DNA of 64,000 nucleotides from Vampirovibrionaceae bacterium NZW_1234 (GCA_041697335.1 JBGUGD010000039.1:160001-224000); one strand, 5' to 3'; counted from the stretch's first letter, positions 30,230 through 40,026 are shown. The notes: generated by a model from the letters alone, not told the origin. Made by a program: numbers and translations.

Positions 30230-30664
30230 CACTGATTTAGAAGATAAACATGGGAGAACTGAGGATATAGGTTACGCACGGATCTAGGAACACGATTGAC
30301 AAAAAAAATCGGAACGTTGGCTTTCACAAATTAACAGACCACTTTGTCGTTTGCACGATTCAGGACCGTTTGGCCTGAACCGGACGACGTGTGGGTAAGA
30401 AGAAAGTTTTGTTTTGATCATACCAGGACTGTTCACGCGACATGCTGCGGATGGACATTCTTAGACGACGATGGACCCCATCGTTTCTGGGAAGAAACCA
30501 TGGCATTCAAACATGTCCAACCCGATGTTTCCGTGATGAGCCTTGGGTAATGATACTCGTTTTAACTGATCACATTAGCCAGTGTGTTGCCGCTCCAATA
30601 AACTGACCATACGGTTAGTCTAACTCGGAGAACCCTTCTTCCACCCGGAAGAAGGATTTTTTTT
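30230..30664 (+). ncRNA. candidate CsrB/RsmZ-like GGA-rich small RNA
   Basis: 12 GGA vs 0 TCC in 30253-30492; GGA-loop hairpins; intrinsic terminator; AT-rich promoter region upstream. Confidence 0.6.
30634..30664 (+). terminator. intrinsic terminator
   Basis: CCTTCTTCC-ACCC-GGAAGAAGG followed by A and T8. Confidence 0.85.
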
Positions 30665-30675
30665 GCAAAGGGTTG

Positions 30676-31296
30676 CTAGGGCTTGTTTAACGCCACTCTG
30701 GGATCCTGAGAGACTTTGGGCATTTGTGATAAAAAGTTGGCCACATTGCGAGAATCCTCAGCCGGTGTATCCCCGATAGCCACGAAGAGCATCTGACTTT
30801 TTTCCAGATTTAAAATCCCCGCTTGAGAAATTTTACCCTGAGAATCGGTATATTTAATGGCATTGACCGTTTGCTTGCCGAGCTTGAAGGTACTGACTTT
30901 TCCCTGCTCAATGCCCTTGAGTGTTTCCTTGATTTCCGGGCGTACCTGAAAGGACGAAATGGCTTTCTGGACATCGGGCTCAGAAAAGGGACGTTGTGTC
31001 TGCTCTTGATTTTCAGACGCCTGCGCGGCTTTGGGTTCCACCAACACCATGGCCAACTGATTTTGCGAATCTGCAAAGATGGCCAGGCGATTGTCCTCCA
31101 AGTCAAAGCCAATCAAGGACATCACATGGCTGGGCGTCGGGCCGCCATACACTTCTTGTGCCACCACACGCATCTGCTGCATAACCTGCCCGCCAAAATA
31201 AAAGAGCGCTCCAAGGGCAAGGACACACAGCCCAATAACAACAGAAACAATGGTTAGCGCAATTTTCCACTTTTTACTTAACGCCATTGTGATCAA
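30676..31296 (-). CDS. hypothetical membrane-anchored protein
   Basis: KKWK plus an N-terminal TM helix; own sigma28-like promoter. Confidence 0.75.
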   Translation of the reverse strand: MITMALSKKWKIALTIVSVVIGLCVLALGALFYFGGQVMQQMRVVAQEVYGGPTPSHVMSLIGFDLEDNRLAIFADSQNQLAMVLVEPKAAQASENQEQTQRPFSEPDVQKAISSFQVRPEIKETLKGIEQGKVSTFKLGKQTVNAIKYTDSQGKISQAGILNLEKSQMLFVAIGDTPAEDSRNVANFLSQMPKVSQDPRVALNKP

Positions 31297-31324
31297 ACCT
31301 TCACCAATACCAACGCTAGGTTTT

Positions 31325-31351
31325 GTATCGGCCCATCCTCCTAAAACTTGA
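31325..31351 (-). promoter_or_regulatory. sigma28-like promoter
   Basis: TCAAGTTT-N11-GCCGATAC. Confidence 0.75.
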
Positions 31352-31374
31352 AGAGAAAAGCAGCAGACCGGCCA

Positions 31375-32190
31375 TTAAAGGATGGTTTCTAAACCATAAT
31401 AAAAACCTTGAAGCGTCACCATTTTTCTGACGGCCAAGGCCACACCCGGCATAAAGGAGGTCCGATCCAGACTGTCATGGCGAAGGGTCAGCGTCTGGCC
31501 AACGCCACCAAAAATGACCTCCTGATGCGCGACGAGCCCCGGCAGGCGGACACTGTGAATCCGAATACCAGCGTCCGTTTTTCCACCCCGTGACCCGGCC
31601 AGAATTTCCTTTTCCTGAGCTTCCGGGATATTGGTGCTGGCAAACCGGGACTGGGCTTCTTCCATTAATAACGCTGTCTTCAAGGCCGTTCCGCTGGGAG
31701 CGTCCACTTTCTGGTTGTGATGGAATTCGATGATTTCCGCATGATCAAAATATTGACTGGCCTGCTGGGCAAATTTCATCAACAACACAGCCCCAATGGC
31801 AAAGTTGGGGACCACAATGGCCGACGTTTTCTTGTCCTCAACCATCGCCCGAATCTGCGCCATCCCCTCATCCGAAAGCCCTGTCGTCCCAATGACACAG
31901 CGCCCTCCATGGCGAAGGATTTCGAGCGAATTGTTTAAGACAAAGGCAGGGGCCGTAAAGTCAACCACAACCTGGGGTTGATACTTGGCCATAGCCTCAC
32001 TCAAATCTGACTCGAGCAACACGCCGCATGGCTCAGCCACCCCGGCCACCAACGCGGCATCCTCACCGGCTCGCCCCGGATCGACAACTGTCACCAACGT
32101 CATATCCGGCTGGGCTAAGACGGTTTTGACGACCTCTTTACCCATCTTGCCTGCGCCACCACACACACCCACACGAATTTTATCCGCCAT
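31375..32190 (-). CDS. dapB: 4-hydroxy-tetrahydrodipicolinate reductase
   Basis: GGAGKMG, VIGTTG, EFHHNQKVDAPSGTA; start re-set to MADK. Confidence 0.96.
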   Translation of the reverse strand: MADKIRVGVCGGAGKMGKEVVKTVLAQPDMTLVTVVDPGRAGEDAALVAGVAEPCGVLLESDLSEAMAKYQPQVVVDFTAPAFVLNNSLEILRHGGRCVIGTTGLSDEGMAQIRAMVEDKKTSAIVVPNFAIGAVLLMKFAQQASQYFDHAEIIEFHHNQKVDAPSGTALKTALLMEEAQSRFASTNIPEAQEKEILAGSRGGKTDAGIRIHSVRLPGLVAHQEVIFGGVGQTLTLRHDSLDRTSFMPGVALAVRKMVTLQGFYYGLETIL

Positions 32191-32275
32191 CGTCTGCCTC
32201 TCCTGGTCTCTCTCGTTACAATCTGGTTGTAACAAAAAGCCAGGGAACAATCAAACGCTGTAATAATGGAATGAC

Positions 32276-32722
32276 TTATAGATTAGCGTCTAAGCGCTGA
32301 CGAATTTGGGCTTCTGCCTGAGCCGACTGACCAAAATGGTAACTGGCACCGTTAAACAGCAAGACGGTTTTGCCGTTATTAAACAGGTAGACCTGGGGCA
32401 CATTGCCACCGGAGATCGTAACCCCATAGCGGCTGGCTTCCCCGGGGGCATCGCCATGATCCACATCGAGCTTGACCACCTGAAGGTTTGAGGATGAAGC
32501 AATGCGATCCACCACCGGATTAATCTCGCGACAGGTGGCACACCAGCTGGCATTCAACACAACCAGGACCGGGCCACGAGGCTCACTGCGAGCCGCTTCG
32601 GAAGCTAATTGAGTGAGGGTAAAAACACTTGCCAAGAGCGCCAGCACCAGGGTTGCTGCCCATTGTCCAGTTCGCTTTCGAAGGAATGTCATAACCTGCT
32701 CCAATTCGGTTCGTACTCTCAT
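32276..32722 (-). CDS. exported thioredoxin-like protein
   Basis: Hydrophobic leader; ASWCATC; VPQ cis-Pro loop; start uncertain. Confidence 0.8.
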   Translation of the reverse strand: MRVRTELEQVMTFLRKRTGQWAATLVLALLASVFTLTQLASEAARSEPRGPVLVVLNASWCATCREINPVVDRIASSSNLQVVKLDVDHGDAPGEASRYGVTISGGNVPQVYLFNNGKTVLLFNGASYHFGQSAQAEAQIRQRLDANL

Positions 32723-32745
32723 GGTAGTGTGTTCAGCTCGGGAAA

Positions 32746-33744
32746 TCAACCCGATTGCTCTCGGCCTTCGTTCCAAAAGGCAAGACGATAGACTTCAGGA
32801 AAAGTTCTATCTCCCAATTTGGAAAATGTTCCAACGGGTAGTATTTTTAAGGGGAAATTGCTGACCTGCTGCTGGCTCTCGGTATCCAACTGATGCTTTG
32901 CCTCTGTACTCATAAAAATCTGGTTATGGGGAACACAGTGCAGCATGGCATTTAAAAAGGGTTCTTCTTCCAGAATATGCTCCTTGATACTCAGGCAGTG
33001 GAAGGCGACTCGATAGGCGGGCTGACGTTCAATATCGACACGGGTCATCATTTTGACCTGGCTAAAGTGAAAGGCAAAGTCCTGAACATAGTCTGTTGCC
33101 TGCATCATGGAATCAAACTTAATAAGGACATAGTTCTTCTGGTCATAGACGCGTTGAATGGCCGGGACTTCATTGATTTTTCGCTGTGCCTCAACCTCCA
33201 GCATCGGATACTCATCGACGTAAACAAAGCCGATGGCCACTAAAACGACGGGAGACCCGGACACGGGCGGTTTCTTCTTTTTGGGATTTTTTGCGGCAAA
33301 TTCCGAATGAGAGGCATCGGTGTAAACCCTGGGTTGGGCTGACGAGACGGGCGAAAGAGACACACCGGATTTGGCCTGGGTGCGAGCTAAAAACAGGTGA
33401 TGAAACAAGTCCTGAACCCAAAGTTTCAGTTTGTAATCCATGCGATGGAAGTAACTTGAGGCAAGGGCAAAAGCCGCAAACGTCAATAAACTGACAACGA
33501 GTAAAACACCATAGGTGGATTCGAACCAATGGTATTTGGTAATTTTGTAGCGAAAATAGCTGACTTCAAACGTGGCTCGAAGCCCTGCAACAAAGGGCTC
33601 GGTTAAATGCATCATGCCATCTCGGAAAACCAGCGGCATCGGAACTTCCAAGCCCCAACAGAAGAGGAAGATACCGTAAAGAACGCTGAACACAAGGCTC
33701 AGCACCATAAAAATGTCGCAGATAATCCCTAGAATTCGTAGCAT
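32746..33744 (-). CDS. membrane protein with a possible degenerate class III nucleotide-cyclase-like C-terminal domain
   Basis: N-terminal TM hairpin (LTEPF); C-terminal IFMS...GTF...EVYRL pattern; domain call tentative. Confidence 0.55.
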   Translation of the reverse strand: MLRILGIICDIFMVLSLVFSVLYGIFLFCWGLEVPMPLVFRDGMMHLTEPFVAGLRATFEVSYFRYKITKYHWFESTYGVLLVVSLLTFAAFALASSYFHRMDYKLKLWVQDLFHHLFLARTQAKSGVSLSPVSSAQPRVYTDASHSEFAAKNPKKKKPPVSGSPVVLVAIGFVYVDEYPMLEVEAQRKINEVPAIQRVYDQKNYVLIKFDSMMQATDYVQDFAFHFSQVKMMTRVDIERQPAYRVAFHCLSIKEHILEEEPFLNAMLHCVPHNQIFMSTEAKHQLDTESQQQVSNFPLKILPVGTFSKLGDRTFPEVYRLAFWNEGREQSG

Positions 33745-33947
33745 GAGACATTCCGTTCCTCGTTTCCCATTTTAGTATAGGCCGCCTCCTTCCGTGGCAA
33801 TGCGACCCAAAAACCATCAAATCAGTGGACATCAAACGCAGGAGATCCACTGATATCCCCTCACACCGTTGCCGACATGCTCGGGTCTCTAGACGATTTA
33901 CCTGGACAGCCTATAATACCAATAGTGTGTTGAATCGTGGACCCTAT

Positions 33948-34889
33948 ATGCCTGAGAAAGCCTACCTCCCTTACAGTGAGGTCTTAAAAGCCAAGTTTGG
34001 CTGCAAAGTCTACAAGGTCACCCTGGATGCCGGCTTTACCTGCCCCAACCGAGACGGTTCCAAAGGCGTGGGCGGGTGTACGTTTTGTGATGAAACCGGC
34101 TCCAGCTCCCGGGCCCAAAACAAGAAAGACTCCATTACGGTTCAAATTGAGAAGAACGTGGCCCGCATGCGAGCGCGCTTTCATGCCGAGAAGTTTATTG
34201 CCTATTTTCAGTCCTATACCAATACCTACAGCCGCCCTGAGCGTTTAAAACGCCTGTATGACGAAGCCATGGCGTCGCACCCGGATATTATCGGCATGGC
34301 CATTTCCACCCGGCCCGATTGCGTGAATGAGGAAAAACTGGATCTGATTGCCAGCTACAAACGTCCAGACGGCTATCTGTGTGTCGAGTACGGGATGCAG
34401 ACCATTCATGATCACACCCTGGCGCTGTTGAACCGCTGTGAGACCCATGACGATTTCTTGAAGGCTTTTGCCATGACCCGGGAGCGGGAGATCCCGATGT
34501 GTGTTCACGTCATTTTGGGCTTGCCCGGGGAATCGCATGACGACATTATGGCCACCGCTCGTAAACTGTCGGAGCTAAAGCCAGAAGGCGTCAAGATCCA
34601 CTTGCTTTGCGCCATGAAGCACACTCCCCTGGAGCAGCAATACCTCCGGGGCGAATGGACCCCCCTGACCCAGGACGCCTATGTGGAACTGGTCTGCGAT
34701 TTCATTGAACATCTCGACCCCGCCATTGCCATTCACCGCATTACCGGCAATGGCCACCGGGAAGGCCTGGTAGCGCCTCGCTGGCTCCAGAAAAAGCATG
34801 AAGTCCTGACCCAGGTTGATCAGACCTTTGCACGTCGTGGCACCCGACAGGGTTCTGCCCTGATGATCCCGGCGTTACAGCACCAGTAA
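33948..34889 (+). CDS. TIGR01212/YhcC-family radical SAM protein
   Basis: CPNRDG...GGCTFC, YFQSYTNTY, STRPDC, HVILGLPGE, GVKIH. Confidence 0.92.
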   Translation: MPEKAYLPYSEVLKAKFGCKVYKVTLDAGFTCPNRDGSKGVGGCTFCDETGSSSRAQNKKDSITVQIEKNVARMRARFHAEKFIAYFQSYTNTYSRPERLKRLYDEAMASHPDIIGMAISTRPDCVNEEKLDLIASYKRPDGYLCVEYGMQTIHDHTLALLNRCETHDDFLKAFAMTREREIPMCVHVILGLPGESHDDIMATARKLSELKPEGVKIHLLCAMKHTPLEQQYLRGEWTPLTQDAYVELVCDFIEHLDPAIAIHRITGNGHREGLVAPRWLQKKHEVLTQVDQTFARRGTRQGSALMIPALQHQ

Positions 34890-34993
34890 AGCGAGAAACA
34901 CCCCTTTTGCACAACATCCGACCGAAAAGCGCAATTTTGGCTGCCGTGGTGTCTTTATTGAGGCATCGATAGGAACAGAGAGACCCCGCCATA

Positions 34994-36235
34994 ATGACTG
35001 TATCCGGTATTGGGCTGACGGTTGGCCTGCGCTTTTCAGCGCGACCAGTCCCATCCGAAGCCACCCAAAAGACCCGGCGTTTTTTAACCGAGCTCAAGGC
35101 CCGGCTCATCCAGGATGGCACGTTTGAGACCTATCTGCTGATTCCGGCAGATGTCCTGAAGCAACCGGAGACCGGGGACTTAAACCCGAAAGAGCTGCGC
35201 TCGTATGGCCAAAAGCTCGGGTTCAACATTATCTCGGGAGCCGAAGCCAGAAAGCGGGCTCTTCAGGATCCGGAGGTTCAGGAGAGACGTACCGCCGGAG
35301 TCCGGCAGTCACATCAACGGCCCGAAGTTAAAGCCCTTCTGTCCCGCAAGGCCAAGGAGTATCTGGCCACACCGGAGGCCCGGGAAAAGCGGTGTCAGCA
35401 ATCCCAGCAATTGGCCCAAGACCCCGAGTGGCGTCAAAAGGTATCCGATGGAGTCAAAGAGGCCCTGGCCTCGCCAGAGGTGCGACGCCGGATGTCGGAA
35501 ACCTCGATTCGGGTGATGAGCGATCCGGACGTCCGAAGAAAGCTCTCGGAAAGGCTCAAAGCCATCTTCAACACACCCGAAGAGCAGGCCCGTCGACGTG
35601 AGACAACCCAGCGTGCGTGGGCGGACCCGGAAAAGCGAGGCCGAATGCTGGCAGGGCTACACCGGGTCCTGGAGGACGAGTCGTTTCGTCAACGGCGTGC
35701 CGAGGCCTCCCGCTTGGCATTGCAAGACCCTGAAGTGCGTGACCGAATCTCCCAAGGCATCCGAAAGGCCTTGGATACCCCGGAAGCTCGGGCCCGGTTG
35801 TCCCGGCAAATGAAACGGGCCTGGCAGGATCCGGTGATGCGGCAAAAGCTTCTGGAGGGTCGTAGAGACTGGCAAGCCCAGCAACCACGGCGGCCCAAGA
35901 CCCAAGGCACAGTCAACAACGCGACCGGCGAGACCATTGATATTCATGACACCTTAGCCTCCACAGCGCTGGAAACCCTGATTGACGAGGAAGAAGCCGC
36001 CATCAAGCAGGCTCACAGCCTGTTGCTTCAGGATGCCCTTGAGGTGCTCCAGGACGAGCACCCCATGGCGTATTTCATTGTTTGCCAGCGCTACGGGCTC
36101 GATGTCGCCCAGGAGAGCTTGAGCATGGAGGATCTGACGTTGGAGGACCCGAGTAAGGCAGATGATTTGTACCAGTTTGGCGTCTCCTTCATCCGGGAAT
36201 ACATGGATGCAGAGCTGGAGTCTTCCGAGACGTAA
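34994..36235 (+). CDS. 17-aa basic repeat (NUMOD3-like) protein with a sigma70 region-4-like C-terminus
   Basis: 12 tandem P-E-x-R repeats (35270-35881); C-terminal LQDALEVL...IVCQRYGLD...LSMEDL. Confidence 0.75.
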   Translation: MTVSGIGLTVGLRFSARPVPSEATQKTRRFLTELKARLIQDGTFETYLLIPADVLKQPETGDLNPKELRSYGQKLGFNIISGAEARKRALQDPEVQERRTAGVRQSHQRPEVKALLSRKAKEYLATPEAREKRCQQSQQLAQDPEWRQKVSDGVKEALASPEVRRRMSETSIRVMSDPDVRRKLSERLKAIFNTPEEQARRRETTQRAWADPEKRGRMLAGLHRVLEDESFRQRRAEASRLALQDPEVRDRISQGIRKALDTPEARARLSRQMKRAWQDPVMRQKLLEGRRDWQAQQPRRPKTQGTVNNATGETIDIHDTLASTALETLIDEEEAAIKQAHSLLLQDALEVLQDEHPMAYFIVCQRYGLDVAQESLSMEDLTLEDPSKADDLYQFGVSFIREYMDAELESSET

Positions 36236-36250
36236 GCTTGAAGGGCAGCT

Positions 36251-36356
36251 ACGCGTGATTTACGCGTGAAAATTGGACAAACACGCGCGATTCACGCGCA
36301 AATCACGCGGCATTCACGCGTAAATCACGCCCGGGACGCGTGATTTACGCGTGAAA
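36251..36356. repeat. 11-bp-phased ACGCG array (iteron-like)
   Basis: ACGCG at 36251, 36262, 36283, 36294, 36305, 36316, (ACGCC 36327), 36336, 36347. Confidence 0.9.
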
Positions 36357-36925
36357 TTTCCAGTCGACACCCATCACCAGCCGCAGCCGGGTCAGCAGAA
36401 CAAAAGAGGGCAACATGCCGAAAAGCCTTGACTTGAGAGGCTTTTCGGCTACAACACATCATCCAATTGAGACCTTTAAACAACATGACATTCTACACAT
36501 GGCAGGGTATTTTTTTATTTTGGGGTGTTTTTACGCGAATTTACGCGTTTTTCCGTTTTTTAGAGGCGTCTGTATGAATGCTTTATTTATATCTTTATTA
36601 TATCATAGACACCTGTCATGCCGCCATTTTTAAGGATATCTTAAGAATCCAGGCCCCTTTTTTCTTATGCACCAAGGCTTTTGGCAGGAAAATACCCTAG
36701 AAAAAATCAGTGTATAGAGTTTTTCGGCTTATCGTCCGGGTAAAGTCCCTGATCATGAGATTTTTTTGGATCGACTCACGACGTTTGCCGGAATGCATCA
36801 TTGGCGTGTGGTGGTCCGAGGCGAGATCGGGCCGTGTGTCTCAGTCCAGGGGTTTTCAGAAAGACGATTTCTCGGGACAATTTTGCTCCGGCTTCGGGTT
36901 TACTTGTACCATAGCAATCTCCCTG

Positions 36926-39232
36926 ATGAGTGCCCCCCCCCGAATGCTATCGTCCTTGCCCCTCAGCCCATCGGTTGCGCCGGTTGCCTACGGTAAACCC
37001 GCATCCTCAATAAGAACAATACGAACACCCCTCTCCGATCCAGCATCAAAGCGTCTCAATGTTGGTTCACCCGGTTTCCGCTTTGGCATGGACTCTAACC
37101 CGACGGGTGAGCCTCCCGAGTCAGACCCTCGCTTGTTTTTATGGCAGATGATCGAGGCCTTTGGTGGCCGTGATGCTGCCTGCCGGGTCATCGCTCAAAC
37201 GTCGGACGCGCTGCAGCAAGTCATCCGCCAGTTTCCCGACAGCCCGACAACCGGCTCCCCGCCTTCGGATCCCGACGATCCCAATCGCGTTCACCCGCAA
37301 TCGGTTGTGGGCAAAGCGTTAAATTCGGTGCATTGGACCCTGACCCACCCCATCGGCACCGTTGGAAAACTGGGAGGCTTGCTTGAAGCCGGAGGCCAAT
37401 GGTTAAAAGCCACATGCGGTGATGCATCAGCGACGCCAAGCTCTCCCCCCAGCTCAGCAAACCCGGCCTCACCCGTGTCCGCGTCACCAACCGACGATCC
37501 CGAAGGGGATTGGCAAGGAATGGGGTTTCTGGCAGAAATTGTCTCGAAAACAGCCAATCACTATCAGGACTTCCAGCGTGGCATCGGTATCTTAAGACAA
37601 CTGGCCCGCCAGGAGTTAAACCCCTATCTGAGAGAAGCCATTAAGTTGTATTTTAAGAACGCGCTGGGCGTGGTTCCCTATGCCGCCACCGACAGCCCCA
37701 TCGGGTTGGCCCATCGCTTCATCGGGCAGAGCACCTCCATGGGGAAACTGGCCCAGTTGGCCCGCAACAACCCGCAATTTCCCCTGTGGCTTCAACATTT
37801 TCTGGGGCCGTTGATTCACCAGGGACGACCCACCCGCACATTGACGGAAACCCAGGCGGCCATCGACACCATTTTCGGGGCGAACCGCTACAAGGTGGAG
37901 AAGCGCATGGGTGTGGGCACGGTCTGTGAAGCCTACATGGTGGTCAATCAGCAAACCCAAACCGTCCAGGGCAGCCATGGGAAACCGGTCAACTTGAACC
38001 CCGGGGATCGGTTGGTCATTAAACTGCTGAAAGAGGGCATTAATGCGCAAAAATTAGATATTGAACGACGGGCCTTACTGGAAATCATTCAGGCCGTGTA
38101 CAGCAACCCGGATGAGCGGCATTACCATGTGACGTTTTTAAACAGCTTGTATGAGGGTTGGAATCGTGAACTGGACCTGTTCCATGAAGCCGAAGGGGCC
38201 AAGGCCCTGGCCGACGGGGCCGAGCGCTTTAGCGTGGTGAATATCTATGAGGTCGGCCGCCTGTCACCGGAACACCCGGTCAAAGGCCTGCCCTTTGATC
38301 CGCAAAACCCGGCACGCGGAGTGGCCCTGGTACAGGAATTTATTCAGGGGGTGGAGCTGGAGCGCTTGACGGACATGCTCCGACTGCACCGCAGCGATCC
38401 GGCAGAATACCAAAGCCGCCTAACCCAAGGCAAAGCCCCCTTTCGGCCCAACGATCACCAATCGTATCCATGGCTGGGGGATCCGAGCCCGTGGGCCAAG
38501 GCCGTACCCAAGACCTTCTTACGAGCACAAACCGAACAGATTCTACTCATCAACCCCAAAACCAAAACCAGGGCCGTCCATGGGGATCCCAGCGGCGGCA
38601 ATGTGCTCTTTAATCTGGATGCCGATCAGCGTCTGAAGCTTACCTACATTGACACCGGGCTGACGATTATGCGAAGCCCGGCCCATGTGTTGGACAGTGT
38701 GGCATCTCTAACCGATCTGATGCTGGGCAACAGCCACAGCATGGCAGCCAAACTGGTGAACTCCGCCATCGCCTTGCCGGGTGGAGTCAGCCCCAATGAC
38801 ACCTCGCCTCTTGCCCAGCAACAGCGCACCAAGATCATTCGCAAAGTCGCCCGGATTTTGGATGCCGAACTCTTTCGATCGGCCAATGACTGTACAAACC
38901 CCCAGGTCGTCCATCGCATCATGACCAAGGCCATGAAAGAAACCGGTGTTGTCCAGGCGACAGGGGACACGGCCTTTGTCAAATCCCAATTGCAAACCCT
39001 GTTGGTTTACAACGAGTTGTCCCATGTCACAGGCCAAAGGCCGGATACCATCTCTCGAGAGACATTATCCGACCTGGCACGAGGTTTTTACCGATTGTAT
39101 CCCGTGAGCGGACGCCTTGCCTTGAGGCGCCTGGCGGGTTCTCTGGGCCATGTCCTCAGACACCCGATTCTGGCCACAAAAACGTTTTATAAATTCATGC
39201 GTCGCCGTCCGGAAGAACCCGAAACCCGGTAA
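36926..39232 (+). CDS. ABC1/UbiB (AarF)-family atypical kinase with a Ser/Pro-rich N-terminal extension
   Basis: KLAQ, GVGTVCEAY, VIKL, ELDLFHEA, QEFIQG, HGDPSGGNV, IDTGL; start uncertain. Confidence 0.8.
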   Translation: MSAPPRMLSSLPLSPSVAPVAYGKPASSIRTIRTPLSDPASKRLNVGSPGFRFGMDSNPTGEPPESDPRLFLWQMIEAFGGRDAACRVIAQTSDALQQVIRQFPDSPTTGSPPSDPDDPNRVHPQSVVGKALNSVHWTLTHPIGTVGKLGGLLEAGGQWLKATCGDASATPSSPPSSANPASPVSASPTDDPEGDWQGMGFLAEIVSKTANHYQDFQRGIGILRQLARQELNPYLREAIKLYFKNALGVVPYAATDSPIGLAHRFIGQSTSMGKLAQLARNNPQFPLWLQHFLGPLIHQGRPTRTLTETQAAIDTIFGANRYKVEKRMGVGTVCEAYMVVNQQTQTVQGSHGKPVNLNPGDRLVIKLLKEGINAQKLDIERRALLEIIQAVYSNPDERHYHVTFLNSLYEGWNRELDLFHEAEGAKALADGAERFSVVNIYEVGRLSPEHPVKGLPFDPQNPARGVALVQEFIQGVELERLTDMLRLHRSDPAEYQSRLTQGKAPFRPNDHQSYPWLGDPSPWAKAVPKTFLRAQTEQILLINPKTKTRAVHGDPSGGNVLFNLDADQRLKLTYIDTGLTIMRSPAHVLDSVASLTDLMLGNSHSMAAKLVNSAIALPGGVSPNDTSPLAQQQRTKIIRKVARILDAELFRSANDCTNPQVVHRIMTKAMKETGVVQATGDTAFVKSQLQTLLVYNELSHVTGQRPDTISRETLSDLARGFYRLYPVSGRLALRRLAGSLGHVLRHPILATKTFYKFMRRRPEEPETR

Positions 39233-39237
39233 GCTGG

Positions 39238-40026
39238 TTATTCTCCGTACATATAGGGGCGATCCTCTTCTTTGAGATCCCCGCTGGGACGAAACCCTTT
39301 GGACGGGTCCGTGGGATCCAGCAAGGCCGCGGCCCCCAGTTCCGAATAGGGGTAGACCTTGGGGATCAGATCAATCTGCCCATCGCCGTTTCGATCCAGG
39401 TGCCGATCCTTGGTGCGCAAGGCTTCCACAATATTGTGGAAGAAGGCTTTGATGTCGCGGTTGGGAATGATGCGGGCGGCCAGGCGAGCCTCTTGCAAGG
39501 ACAATTTGCCATCCCCGTTTTGATCAAACAAACAGGCCACCATCCGTAAGAATTCCAGATGCATCGGGGCATGATAGCGATAATTGGGCCGTGAACCCGG
39601 AGCACCCGGCCGGTCTCCATCACGACGAGCCGGTACGATATCGGTGCCGGGTCGAATCCGAGACGGTAGCCTTACAGGACCCGCACCAGCGCGCATCCGG
39701 GAAATCAATCTCGCCCGATGCCGGGCCCGAATCCGACGGCCACGGCGTCCGATGCCGGGCATCAGATCCCCGGGCCGGGGCATCTGATCCATAATAGCGG
39801 ACGGACTCCGGGATATCAGATCCATCAACTCCGGCCGGATGGGAAACGGGGAAGGGGTGACTCCGGATGTAGGACCCGATGTCGGAAAAGGAAGCAAGCG
39901 ATGGCGATCCATCCCAACCCCGACCGCATGAGAATGATGCCCCCGGTCAAGTACAGAAGCCCCCTGTCCACGACGCCAATACTCAGCCTGGTGTGCTACA
40001 AGGCGCGCCAAAAAAGCATTCAACAT
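39238..40026 (-). CDS. EF-hand-like protein with an Arg/Pro-rich N-terminal half
   Basis: DQNGDGKLSLQE and DRNGDGQID loops; GGGAGG RBS. Confidence 0.7.
   Translation of the reverse strand: MLNAFLARLVAHQAEYWRRGQGASVLDRGHHSHAVGVGMDRHRLLPFPTSGPTSGVTPSPFPIRPELMDLISRSPSAIMDQMPRPGDLMPGIGRRGRRIRARHRARLISRMRAGAGPVRLPSRIRPGTDIVPARRDGDRPGAPGSRPNYRYHAPMHLEFLRMVACLFDQNGDGKLSLQEARLAARIIPNRDIKAFFHNIVEALRTKDRHLDRNGDGQIDLIPKVYPYSELGAAALLDPTDPSKGFRPSGDLKEEDRPYMYGE

Noticed and set aside
36251..36356. CRISPR or mini-array
   Set aside because: The 11-bp period leaves no room for spacers
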